IMG/VR virus record: IMGVR_UViG_3300048999_000082
Coordinates: 1 to 54,079 of that record
Length of the DNA: 54,079 bases
Reading direction: 5' to 3' (one strand)
From: a virus
Taxonomy: Duplodnaviria > Caudoviricetes
Below are positions 1 to 8,444 of the stretch, piece by piece (position 1 is the first letter of the stretch; each line of letters starts with the position of its first letter). The notes under the pieces were generated by a model. The model searched no databases and was not told where the DNA came from. It saw only the letters and a list, made by a program, of their open reading frames with translations. The translations under genes were made by a program, and so were the position numbers.

Positions 1-127
1 GGTCACATCTACCACACCAACCGCGACATCCGGTGTGGCGGCGGCTTCCTTCATCCGCGCCCACAGCCAGTTATTGTGTTCAATGTACGGACCGACCGTG
101 CCCACACCTGTCACGCGATTAAATGAG
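1..127. repeat. 127-bp exact terminal overlap with 53953-54079 (circular assembly)
   Basis: ggtcacatct...ttaaatgag is identical at both ends and falls inside the portal ORF. Confidence 0.97.
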
Positions 128-1080
128 GATCCCGGACGGACCTCAACAACGCGACCCGGACCCAAATACCACGGGACGGGATTGTCGTCGTCATCAACCG
201 GCGGATCGGCATCCGTGACGTACGTGCCCAAACCTTCAAGCGCCAACGCCAATTCTTCATCAGAGATCGACTGATTAATGGCGCCCATCAACCGTTCGAA
301 TCCGCGAATCTCGGAAGACCCAAACGGGTTTTGCGGTTCCCAAAAATTCTTCAGGTGGTACACGGGTAATTGCGTGATCTGTGGAGGCAATGCCATGACC
401 GGTTTGATGATCGTCAACGGCTTGGCCGATGGACCCTCCCAATCATCGGTTGCGTAAATCGCCTCTTCAACGGTGATGGTGTTCGTACCATCAGACTTGG
501 GAACCTTACGGTATGTCTGCCGACGAATACGCGTGTCAGACCCGACCGTGATTGTTTCGACAAGATGCACACCGATGATTTTGTCTACGTCATTGTCATC
601 GGTGATGGGGAACATCGACGCAGGATCAATGTCTTGAATGGTGATGCGCGAACCCAACGGCTTTTTTGCATCGGCGAAGATGTGCCATGCCCAGTCACCC
701 CGAATGAGGCCGTATCGTTTGGAGCCTTGGAACTTTGATTTGAATTCTTCACGAATGAACAGATCCGAAAATGCCATCGTTGCCGCTTGCACATCGGCAG
801 ACGTGACATCCGGATTGGTTTTGTTGGTCATGACCACACCGAAATCTGGTGCCGTGAATCGGTTCATCGTGTTGATGATGGTCTTGGCCGTGGGGATGTA
901 GATCGGTTTGTCGTTCGTACCGCGCTGGGTTAGTTTGAACGTGTCCGGCACCGACCAATAAATCTCCTCGTATAACTGGTACGACAAAATGCGTTGCTGA
1001 TCCAACTCGTTCGGAATCCACGACGGCTTTGTGCCGAACAGTGTCGCCCCAGTTGAATATGGCGTCATGGGTGTGGTCAA
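1..1080 (-). CDS. portal protein, 5' part (joins 53539-53952; about 497 aa in total)
   Basis: Not in the ORF track. TTG at 1080 with AAGGA RBS gives MTTPMTPYSTGATLFGTKPSWIPNELDQQRILSYQLYEEIYW..., in frame with the 53539-54066 ORF across the junction; directly downstream of terL. Confidence 0.88.
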   Translation of the reverse strand, partial: MTTPMTPYSTGATLFGTKPSWIPNELDQQRILSYQLYEEIYWSVPDTFKLTQRGTNDKPIYIPTAKTIINTMNRFTAPDFGVVMTNKTNPDVTSADVQAATMAFSDLFIREEFKSKFQGSKRYGLIRGDWAWHIFADAKKPLGSRITIQDIDPASMFPITDDNDVDKIIGVHLVETITVGSDTRIRRQTYRKVPKSDGTNTITVEEAIYATDDWEGPSAKPLTIIKPVMALPPQITQLPVYHLKNFWEPQNPFGSSEIRGFERLMGAINQSISDEELALALEGLGTYVTDADPPVDDDDNPVPWYLGPGRVVEVRPGSSFNRVTGVGTVGPYIEHNNWLWARMKEAAATPDVAVGVVDVT

Positions 1081-1092
1081 CGGAAATCCTTT

Positions 1093-2484
1093 CTACGTCA
1101 TCCGGCCAGAACGAATGCGTGTGGATTTACGCTCGCCCACAACCCCGAAATAACCTTTGAAAAAACGGCCCAATGCTTCGGGTCCGTGGTCATCTTTACT
1201 CATCGGATTCTCGGTCGCTGCCCGAATCTCCGATTTGTGTTCCGGCCAACGGTATCCTTCTCGCATTTCCCACGCCAGTTTTTCGCATGAACGATGAACG
1301 GTCAACGTAGGCACGCGTTCTGGGTGGTTGACATCGAGATGTTGCAGTTCCGGTTTGATCTTCAACGCACGGCGTATCAATGCTAACCGGATCTTCAACT
1401 CACCTCCGGTGTTGGGTCTCGATGCTATTTTCAAATACTTGCTCAACGTATGTGAATCTTCGGGTGATGCCGGGTCGGGATAAAACGCCACGCATTTACG
1501 AATCAACGCCGAATCCACAGGATCCGCCAACATCTCTTCGCAAACGTCAATAGCGTCACGTCCAGTCCACCGTCGTTCCCGAATGACACGCACGTCACCG
1601 AACGGGCCGACCTGAATCCACAGCCACACAAAAGGGTTGGTAAATCCATAGTCGATGCCCGCGTACAAAGGCCATGACGGGTCATAACCCCAATCCATGA
1701 GATGCGTTTCGTCATCCCATTCCTGCATTACCGCGCCGACCTTATCAACGAACATCGCGCCGTACTGCCGGTTGAATTCATCAACCGTCAAATCATCTTC
1801 GGCTTCCAATATCTCCGGGTCTTGCCGTCCCCCCGGAAATACGATGTTGTTCGTCCACGACGGCATACGCCACGATTGCCATTGTGTTTTGGTCGGGTCT
1901 TGCCCGCGTTGCCACAACGAGAACAATAGGGAATGATCCGAGCGCCCCTCTGGAACGCCCGTGAACAACGCCCATCCCCGTCGGTCCGACAACCCGGGAC
2001 GAATGTATTCACCCCACGTTTTACGGCGATGACGACCGGCCTCAACCATCAATACGCCGTTCAACCCGTCACCAACCAACGTCTCCGGATGTTGGGCGGA
2101 TTTACCCACCAGTTCAAACCCCCACGATGTCTTAATATGCATCGCGCCGGATTCCCGGTTGTTCACGAACTTGACCGATGATTTGTCGATGCCTTGCTTG
2201 CGCAACGAATCAAACACCAGCTTAAATTCTTTTTCCACGTCCGTGTACTGCGGCCCAACAATCCATATCAACTGCGGACCGCCCGTGATCGGGCACATGA
2301 CGAATGTGTTCGGTTCGGCTTCCCGTGCACCGAACAATGTCTTACCCCAACGCCGGCCATTCGGAATGACCTTGAATCTCTTCGGCGTGTAATGCAAGAT
2401 CTGTTGACCGGCATGCGGTCGATAACCGATGTGCTCGTAATACTTTGCCTTGCTGAATACCTTACCGCCACTGACGGTTGTCAT
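1093..2484 (-). CDS. terL: terminase large subunit
   Basis: Walker A GRRWGKT, variant Walker B VLMVEAG, FTGVP coupling motif, nuclease motifs GIDYG and DDHGPEAL. Confidence 0.95.
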   Translation of the reverse strand: MTTVSGGKVFSKAKYYEHIGYRPHAGQQILHYTPKRFKVIPNGRRWGKTLFGAREAEPNTFVMCPITGGPQLIWIVGPQYTDVEKEFKLVFDSLRKQGIDKSSVKFVNNRESGAMHIKTSWGFELVGKSAQHPETLVGDGLNGVLMVEAGRHRRKTWGEYIRPGLSDRRGWALFTGVPEGRSDHSLLFSLWQRGQDPTKTQWQSWRMPSWTNNIVFPGGRQDPEILEAEDDLTVDEFNRQYGAMFVDKVGAVMQEWDDETHLMDWGYDPSWPLYAGIDYGFTNPFVWLWIQVGPFGDVRVIRERRWTGRDAIDVCEEMLADPVDSALIRKCVAFYPDPASPEDSHTLSKYLKIASRPNTGGELKIRLALIRRALKIKPELQHLDVNHPERVPTLTVHRSCEKLAWEMREGYRWPEHKSEIRAATENPMSKDDHGPEALGRFFKGYFGVVGERKSTRIRSGRMT

Positions 2485-2644
2485 TCGTTGTTCTCCCGAC
2501 CATCCAATGAATGATGAACGACCACTGTTCCTTCATCATGCAACATGGGAACACACCAGCACCACACCGAACGGTCGTGCTGGCGCACATCAAAACGAGG
2601 TAACACATGACGCGTGATTGTGTGCCAATCTTGAACCGCGTCAA
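2462..2644 (-). CDS. hypothetical protein
   Basis: Fills the gap in the minus-strand operon and overlaps the terL start. Confidence 0.45.
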   Translation of the reverse strand: MTRFKIGTQSRVMCYLVLMCASTTVRCGAGVFPCCMMKEQWSFIIHWMVGRTTNDNRQWR

Positions 2645-2660
2645 TTGTCCAGCCAGGCAT

Positions 2661-2900
2661 TTAAAATGCCGGGGGACTCATCGCGCCGGGGGCCGAACCA
2701 GGACCTGCGTCCGTAGGATCGATCGCGTATATCTCGGAAATCGTTTCGGCCGGGGTCAACGTGTGCGGGTCCGGTTGGATCATCCCGGCCACCCCTCCGA
2801 ATTCCGTACCGCTGTTCGGATCGATTTTCGAAACGTTGGTATGGGACGTGACCGGCGGGATAATAATCGTGCGATCACGTCGCGGACGAATGGCAACCAT
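2661..2900 (-). CDS. hypothetical protein
   Basis: TAATG coupling with the upstream gene; Pro-rich. Confidence 0.7.
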   Translation of the reverse strand: MVAIRPRRDRTIIIPPVTSHTNVSKIDPNSGTEFGGVAGMIQPDPHTLTPAETISEIYAIDPTDAGPGSAPGAMSPPAF

Positions 2901-3517
2901 TAATCCTCCTCTTGCATTTCGTCGAATGCCTTACCGACCAATTCCCCGTCAATGACCGGGTGTGCGTCATCGCCGTTGGGCATGACCAATGCAGCGGCCA
3001 TGATCTTTTTCAACGCGTCATCACCCGAAATATCCACGCGCTGACGCGGTTTGCCAATGACGTGTTCGATGATGAACTTGGCGGCATCCAGTTTCACACG
3101 CGGCTCGACAATGTACTTGCCGAATTCATCGCGTTCTTCGGACACCATCAATTTACGCAACACGTCGAGCGCGAATGGAACTTGACCGTCCAGTTTTTCC
3201 AGCGTCAGGTCAATGAATCGCTGGCGAATCTCCGCCATGATCGGCGATGCGAGCCAATCGGCGCGTGGCCCGGCATGGAATCGTCCGGTCACGGGGTTCT
3301 TGCATTTACCTTTAGCCAGTTCTTCGAGATCCCATTCACTGAATTGCTTTCCGTACAGCAATTCCATATCGCGAACGGACTTCACACGTTGACGGCGCAA
3401 CCGAATGCGCACGTTGTGTGGGTCGGTCTTCAATTGCCGACCCGATTGGGTAATTGGGCGACCTTCGGAATCCCTGGCCCAATGGGGTGCTGCCGTGTTG
3501 TTGGGTTGGCGGGGCAT
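2900..3517 (-). CDS. probable terminase small subunit
   Basis: First gene of the late operon upstream of terL; helical, with VKLDAAKFIIEHVIGKP motif; GGAGG RBS. Confidence 0.6.
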   Translation of the reverse strand: MPRQPNNTAAPHWARDSEGRPITQSGRQLKTDPHNVRIRLRRQRVKSVRDMELLYGKQFSEWDLEELAKGKCKNPVTGRFHAGPRADWLASPIMAEIRQRFIDLTLEKLDGQVPFALDVLRKLMVSEERDEFGKYIVEPRVKLDAAKFIIEHVIGKPRQRVDISGDDALKKIMAAALVMPNGDDAHPVIDGELVGKAFDEMQEED

Positions 3518-3543
3518 ATGTTACCTCCCGTCCCGCGCGCATG

Positions 3544-3577
3544 AAAAAGCGCCAATGACGAATCATCGGCGCTTTTC
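3544..3577 (-). terminator. intrinsic terminator with UUCG tetraloop
   Basis: Minus strand AAAAGCGCCGATGA-TTCG-TCATTGGCGCTTTTT; one G-U pair forms only on the minus-strand RNA. Confidence 0.85.
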
Positions 3578-3588
3578 TGATCTTGCAG

Positions 3589-3618
3589 ACATTAACCCGC
3601 ACTACGTGGCTTCGTCAA
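3589..3618 (-). promoter_or_regulatory. SigA-type promoter upstream of the late operon
   Basis: TTGACG-18 nt-TAATGT. Confidence 0.7.
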
Positions 3619-3660
3619 TGGCCAACCCGGCCAGGCCGTTAGGTTAATAGTCCCCACACC

Positions 3661-3867
3661 CTACGCGTCCGAATGCTCATCGTCGATAATCGTCTGTGCT
3701 TTGTCCCGTGCCCCGGATTCCGTTGGTGTTTCCCCGGCAGCGATGGGCATTCCCGTAGACCAATTAAGGTCGTACACAGCCCATACCCACGGCAAATACG
3801 CGAGGTCATCATCCACGTTCGGTTCTGGTTTGTGTCTGATGACGGTCTTGTAATTCGCGGTGGTCAT
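3661..3867 (-). CDS. small acidic hypothetical protein
   Basis: ATGA coupling; WxWxV...AxG...TE motif shared with its neighbour. Confidence 0.7.
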   Translation of the reverse strand: MTTANYKTVIRHKPEPNVDDDLAYLPWVWAVYDLNWSTGMPIAAGETPTESGARDKAQTIIDDEHSDA

Positions 3868-4028
3868 GGGTACGTGACGGCATTCGCGGCGGCATGGGTT
3901 TCGTCTTCGGTGGCAGCGGTTCCTTCACCCACGGCCGTGAGGCCGATGCCGTCGTCCGCCCATACGGTCCACGCCCAGGTTCCGTCATCCTGTTCGGACA
4001 CCACGCGGGTAATGTTAACGTCTGGCAT
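3864..4028 (-). CDS. small acidic hypothetical protein, 54 aa (not in ORF track)
   Basis: MPDVNITRVVSEQDDGTWAWTVWADDGIGLTAVGEGTAATEDETHAAANAVTYP; GGAGG RBS; stop overlaps the next ATG. Confidence 0.7.
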   Translation of the reverse strand: MPDVNITRVVSEQDDGTWAWTVWADDGIGLTAVGEGTAATEDETHAAANAVTYP

Positions 4029-4149
4029 GTCGTTTCCTCCAAATGTATCGACTCAATGCCATGCCGGCACCGACAATAACCATAGTCACGACGAATGCTG
4101 CGAACAACCACCACGCCAACATAAAGAATAGGTCAACGCGCATAGCCAT
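4015..4149 (-). CDS. small membrane protein, 44 aa (not in ORF track)
   Basis: MAMRVDLFFMLAWWLFAAFVVTMVIVGAGMALSRYIWRKRHARR: one TM helix and a basic tail. Confidence 0.6.
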   Translation of the reverse strand: MAMRVDLFFMLAWWLFAAFVVTMVIVGAGMALSRYIWRKRHARR

Positions 4150-4156
4150 AATCAGT

Positions 4157-4339
4157 TCACCCATGAATATCTTTACTCAACAATCTCCGGTCCAGCCATA
4201 CGTCAATGGAATCTTTCACGATGAATTCTGTGCCGGTCGCACCGCATGATCGTGCCTTGGTCAACACGACAATCAGATCCCGCAATTTACGGTCAATCTC
4301 GGCAACCGTCCATCGACCAAGCACGTCATCGGTTTTCAT
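4157..4339 (-). CDS. hypothetical protein
   Basis: TAATG coupling. Confidence 0.6.
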   Translation of the reverse strand: MKTDDVLGRWTVAEIDRKLRDLIVVLTKARSCGATGTEFIVKDSIDVWLDRRLLSKDIHG

Positions 4340-4824
4340 TACGTCACCTTATCGCAATCACAACCAGAGATCAGACAGAACACCGTGGACGAATCGTCAT
4401 CGAGCACATGCATGTCAACGTGATGGGTACACACGGCGCAAGCACGTTCAACAATGATCTTGTCATCGCCTCCACCGAGATTCTTCAGGTGGCCAACAAT
4501 GACCCCACCACCACCCAACAGAATATTGATCGGATCTATTAACGGATCCGGTGCCGGTTTTTTACTTTGGTCATTGACGACAACGGAGGTGGTTCCGGTG
4601 CGTTGACTTTCCACGCCCTGTCGTATGAGATTTCGCGCACCCGTGTTGGGTAACGCTGGGGCGTGGGATCGTTTGAGCGGCGCATCCACGAGGTGATAGC
4701 CACCACCCAGGTTTTCCAAGTATTCACACGCAGCCTCTCTGTCCAACCACACCGAATCGAATTTGCCGGTCATGGTCAACACCACATATCCCACCGAGTA
4801 CGCGTACGGTCGGCCTCCGGGCAT
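4339..4824 (-). CDS. hypothetical protein with C-terminal Cys/His metal-binding motif
   Basis: Start MPGGRP after AAAGGA RBS; CAVCTHHVDMH...CLISGCDC. Confidence 0.7.
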   Translation of the reverse strand: MPGGRPYAYSVGYVVLTMTGKFDSVWLDREAACEYLENLGGGYHLVDAPLKRSHAPALPNTGARNLIRQGVESQRTGTTSVVVNDQSKKPAPDPLIDPINILLGGGGVIVGHLKNLGGGDDKIIVERACAVCTHHVDMHVLDDDSSTVFCLISGCDCDKVT

Positions 4825-4838
4825 GGTGTGGTCCTTTC

Positions 4839-5054
4839 TTACATCATCCGTGCGATGCCGTAAACGACAGCCGCGACGATGGCGATAAACGGAAACAACA
4901 CCATCGCACAACCGTCGCCTTTATTCACCTGTTGCTTACGGGCTTTAACGATGAACGCCTCACGCTTGCGGTATTCTTTTTCGCTCATCCCCCGCTTTCG
5001 TCGAATCTTTTCCCGTTGGATAAACCTGTTAGTCCGTTCGCTGTAATCGTCCAT
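4839..5054 (-). CDS. small C-terminally anchored membrane protein
   Basis: Basic N-terminus, then KGDGCA and a TM helix. Confidence 0.7.
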   Translation of the reverse strand: MDDYSERTNRFIQREKIRRKRGMSEKEYRKREAFIVKARKQQVNKGDGCAMVLFPFIAIVAAVVYGIARMM

Positions 5055-5239
5055 TAAGACAATACCTGAATGATCGCGTACGTTGCCGCTCCGATAGCGC
5101 CGGCGAATACCGACCCAGCGATCACCAGAATAAACGCGCAACCTTTACCCGCGTTCATGTTGTTCGATTTCTTAAATGCTTTCTGGAGGTTTTGGTTGTT
5201 CTTGGTGCGTTTGCGATCGCCCCCCGACATATTGCTCAT
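5054..5239 (-). CDS. small C-terminally anchored membrane protein
   Basis: Basic N-terminus, then GKGCA and a TM helix. Confidence 0.7.
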   Translation of the reverse strand: MSNMSGGDRKRTKNNQNLQKAFKKSNNMNAGKGCAFILVIAGSVFAGAIGAATYAIIQVLS

Positions 5240-5424
5240 GACCACACCCATGCGTCGTATGCAGCGAACAACACGAGCAGCGCCGGAATGCACAGCACAA
5301 AGATCATGATGATCGCGCAACCGCCACTTTGTTTGTCAGCCGCCTTACCAGCTTTACGGATCTCATGAACCACGGGGTGATGACCTGTGCGTTTGTTCAG
5401 CTGTCCATGCTTATACGGCATCAT
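5236..5424 (-). CDS. small C-terminally anchored membrane protein
   Basis: Basic N-terminus, then SGGCA and a TM helix. Confidence 0.7.
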   Translation of the reverse strand: MMPYKHGQLNKRTGHHPVVHEIRKAGKAADKQSGGCAIIMIFVLCIPALLVLFAAYDAWVWS

Positions 5425-5656
5425 GACCCCCGCGCAAACCAACCACCAAGACAAACACCGTGATGGCGATGACAGCCACCACCGACGCACCCACGATGAC
5501 CATCGGCGCCGGGCGGATACCCGTCACGCCAAGCACCACGGAGATCATGAGTCCGATCGGCATGCCCACCGCGACCGCCTGCCACGTGCCCGTACCCACC
5601 GGTCTGCCGTCCGTGAACAACCCGCTCCGATGTTGCTTGGATTTGTTCTTTGCCAT
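5411..5656 (-). CDS. two-TM membrane protein
   Basis: GAAAGGA RBS; two hydrophobic segments. Confidence 0.75.
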   Translation of the reverse strand: MAKNKSKQHRSGLFTDGRPVGTGTWQAVAVGMPIGLMISVVLGVTGIRPAPMVIVGASVVAVIAITVFVLVVGLRGGHDAV

Positions 5657-5725
5657 TGCGTATTCCTTTCATCTACACGTGATGACCGATACGCCATTGT
5701 ACCGGCCATCATTAAAGGTGTGTGG

Positions 5726-6796
5726 TTAAGACGCAGCGTCGGGCCACCGGATGTGCGAGTAACCTGATCCATCGGTTTCAATGTACAAATGCTTGATGTG
5801 GTCATGCACGAGCCGATGAATCTCATCACGTTGCACGGTGTCAAACACAAACGCGGGAATGTCCCGTGCTTCACCCGGCGACAATGGACTTCCATCGACA
5901 TCGACGAATATCTCGGGCATCGGGTCGTGCACGGGATCTGGGGTCATTGCACCCACACCGTACTGCACAGTCTGGAGCATTCGTTCATATCGGTTGACCA
6001 GTTCACACACCTCATCAACCAATGACCCAACCTCGCCGACGATCGGGTTCACAAGATCGGACGCGTCTTGATTGATTTGCATTACCTTATGACAACGTTC
6101 GGTCATCGACGCGAGTTCGTCCTCGAACCGTTTGCGTTCCCGCGCCATGTCCTCATACGTGGATTGCAGTCGACGGTGTCGATTAATAAAGTTCACAAAC
6201 CCATCGCGCAACGCCAAGTCAGACGGAAGATCGACACCGTCACCCATCTTCAAACCAACACGCAAACACGTACGGTATTTCTCGATACTTTCAAACGCAT
6301 TCTTCAACGCACGTCGAGCGTTGTTCCGTTGAGAAGTCAACACCTCCTCACGTTCAACCAATTTACGCGCGGCATCGGCCAACCCGCCGGGTACCGCCGG
6401 AATGATGTGCTCGAGTTCACTCAACAGTTTGTTGGCCTGGACCACACCCGACACCGCGTTCTCACACTGATCGGTCAACGCAGCGATACGTTCATCCCGT
6501 GTTGCGACACGTGCTTCTTGATACGCAACCGCATCACGCAACCGCGCATGTTTACCCGACACACACGTATCAGCGAATGCCGCAGTAAGATCGACAAACC
6601 CGATCGGATCGAGCGTGTATGTCGTCACGGGTGTCACGTCATCCCACACAACACTCACGTGGTGCGAATTGAACCCCCGGATCGATCCGATGCGATTTGC
6701 GACGTATACCTTGTCACCAACGGCCATCGTCGGGATGGTGAATGTGTCCCGTGGGACGTTACCCCGATCGACATACAAGAATGTACGGGTGTCCAT
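5726..6796 (-). CDS. coiled-coil hypothetical protein
   Basis: 356-aa ORF abutting the upstream gene; heptad-rich centre. Confidence 0.8.
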   Translation of the reverse strand: MDTRTFLYVDRGNVPRDTFTIPTMAVGDKVYVANRIGSIRGFNSHHVSVVWDDVTPVTTYTLDPIGFVDLTAAFADTCVSGKHARLRDAVAYQEARVATRDERIAALTDQCENAVSGVVQANKLLSELEHIIPAVPGGLADAARKLVEREEVLTSQRNNARRALKNAFESIEKYRTCLRVGLKMGDGVDLPSDLALRDGFVNFINRHRRLQSTYEDMARERKRFEDELASMTERCHKVMQINQDASDLVNPIVGEVGSLVDEVCELVNRYERMLQTVQYGVGAMTPDPVHDPMPEIFVDVDGSPLSPGEARDIPAFVFDTVQRDEIHRLVHDHIKHLYIETDGSGYSHIRWPDAAS

Positions 6797-7018
6797 TTAA
6801 ACGGTCGCCTTTTCGTCGTCAACAATGCACGGTCCCAACCGGTCGCGCATCATTTTCGCGAGCACCGGCAAATCGTCGTGGTCCGCTTGTTCGGCCATCA
6901 TTCGCGCCGACGTTTTCGCATTGTCCGTCATCGCATGTTGTACGGCGTGCGGACATTTGTGCGGGGGGTTGTTCACCGCCTTGACAGGCCGTGCGTTTGA
7001 ACGGGAGCGTGTGGGCAT
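6797..7018 (-). CDS. hypothetical protein
   Basis: GAAAGGAAA RBS before ATGATCATG. Confidence 0.6.
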   Translation of the reverse strand: MPTRSRSNARPVKAVNNPPHKCPHAVQHAMTDNAKTSARMMAEQADHDDLPVLAKMMRDRLGPCIVDDEKATV

Positions 7019-7181
7019 GATCATTTCCTTTCGTCGTTCCGTTGACCGTATCGATCCAGTGTTAGTCCATCCCCGCATTCACCAAAGGCCGTCAGATCAA
7101 ATCTAAGACGTTGAAACCCCGTGTCCATGTCCCACTCACCCCCGACCCATGACAGGCCGGGAGCGTTGGGCTAAGCCATTT

Positions 7182-7472
7182 TTACGGCGTGTCTGGGGTC
7201 CATGATGCCGCATCACGGACCCGAATCACCACGGAATCGGTGTCCAACGGTTCTGAATACCGTGCCTCGATGGCGTTGATCATGTCGACCACACCTGCCG
7301 TCATCACCATCTCGGCCGGATTGGAAAACACTTCCCGCATCTGATTCATGCCATATTTGTAATTGTTAACCTGGGCAAGAAGACGGTTGATGATATCGAT
7401 CTGATTGCGGATCTGTGACTGGCGTCGTAAATCCAATTGTTGCAATTCATCAAATTGCTTTTTTGATGGCAT
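7182..7472 (-). CDS. hypothetical protein
   Basis: 96-aa ORF with coiled-coil N-terminus. Confidence 0.7.
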   Translation of the reverse strand: MPSKKQFDELQQLDLRRQSQIRNQIDIINRLLAQVNNYKYGMNQMREVFSNPAEMVMTAGVVDMINAIEARYSEPLDTDSVVIRVRDAASWTPDTP

Positions 7473-7487
7473 TGTTTAATCCATTCT

Positions 7488-7973
7488 TTAATCGACTTGT
7501 TGGGTCTGTCCGCGACACCATGGACACCACGACCACGTCTCGTCACAGAATCGGTTACAGCTGGAGCATTTGCGAATTAGTTGATACTGTGGACTATCTT
7601 CACCTTCTGAGCGCATAACCTTGCGCACCATTGCCCGCAACTGTCGATCCACCTTCTCCTTCAAAACTTGTGCCCGACCATCGGCAACCACACCCCCGAT
7701 CGCACCTTCAACAACTCCCCCAGCCCGAACCGCACCAGCCCGTGTCGATACCTGACCTGACGACACCCTTTCCCGAACTCCATCGCGTCCCGTCACCTTT
7801 CCGAGTTCGGCCGCCCCCACTGCTCGTCGAGCCACACCATCGGATGACCCCATCGCTGCAGCTGTGTATGCCCGCACCACAAGGTCCGAGTACATGTCCA
7901 CAAATGCTCGAGGCATCATCTCCAACAGCTCACGCTCCACACCGAACGTGACACCAACCGTTATTTTTCCCAT
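7488..7973 (-). CDS. zinc-ribbon protein, possible regulator
   Basis: C-terminal CSSC-x10-CPWC; basic helical body. Confidence 0.7.
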   Translation of the reverse strand: MGKITVGVTFGVERELLEMMPRAFVDMYSDLVVRAYTAAAMGSSDGVARRAVGAAELGKVTGRDGVRERVSSGQVSTRAGAVRAGGVVEGAIGGVVADGRAQVLKEKVDRQLRAMVRKVMRSEGEDSPQYQLIRKCSSCNRFCDETWSWCPWCRGQTQQVD

Positions 7974-8188
7974 GTGACTTCTCCGTCAACAACATTCATC
8001 TTCACCTGTCCAGATTCCCACGCTTGCAACAACGCGGCAATTATTTTCATCCGCTCCAGTTCCTCCATCGCGATGTCACCACGATGTACCAGATCACCTT
8101 CATCGATCCCCGGGTTTAATTTAACCAGCTGTCGCACAATTTTGCTGGCGTCCTGTCGTGTCACTATTTCTTCCGACATGTACATCAC
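7961..8188 (-). CDS. hypothetical protein
   Basis: Overlaps the next gene; protein-like composition. Confidence 0.65.
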   Translation of the reverse strand: MMYMSEEIVTRQDASKIVRQLVKLNPGIDEGDLVHRGDIAMEELERMKIIAALLQAWESGQVKMNVVDGEVTWEK

Positions 8189-8227
8189 CCATCCACCATC
8201 CGTCCGTCATGACCATCACGACCCCGA

Positions 8228-8410
8228 TTGGTACCAACATCGGGTTGGTACCACTCATGTTCACTAATTCTCATTAACCAACACCCCCCCACATTGGTAC
8301 CAAATCGGGGTGTACGTAGTACCCCACCCCTCTTTTGGTACCAACATGGGGGTGTCAGTTGGTGCCGGTACCAAACGGTCAGTACCAACGTTGGTACCAC
8401 TTGGTACTGA
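8228..8410. repeat. iteron cluster 1: about 8 copies of TTGGTACCAA-like palindrome; putative replication origin
   Basis: Copies at 8228, 8245, 8294, 8335, 8365, 8379, 8391 and 8401; AT-rich patch near 8260-8280; directly downstream of the primase-helicase. Confidence 0.75.
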
Positions 8411-8444
8411 CCCTGCTTTATACCTGGTTTCAACACGTTATTTC

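Noticed and set aside
1-127. Biological terminal direct repeat
   Set aside because: The length equals a common assembler k-mer (127) and it falls mid-portal; most likely a circularisation overlap
8228-8410. CRISPR array or mini-array (also 32204-32360)
   Set aside because: Repeats are only about 10 bp, degenerate and irregularly spaced, with no spacer periodicity
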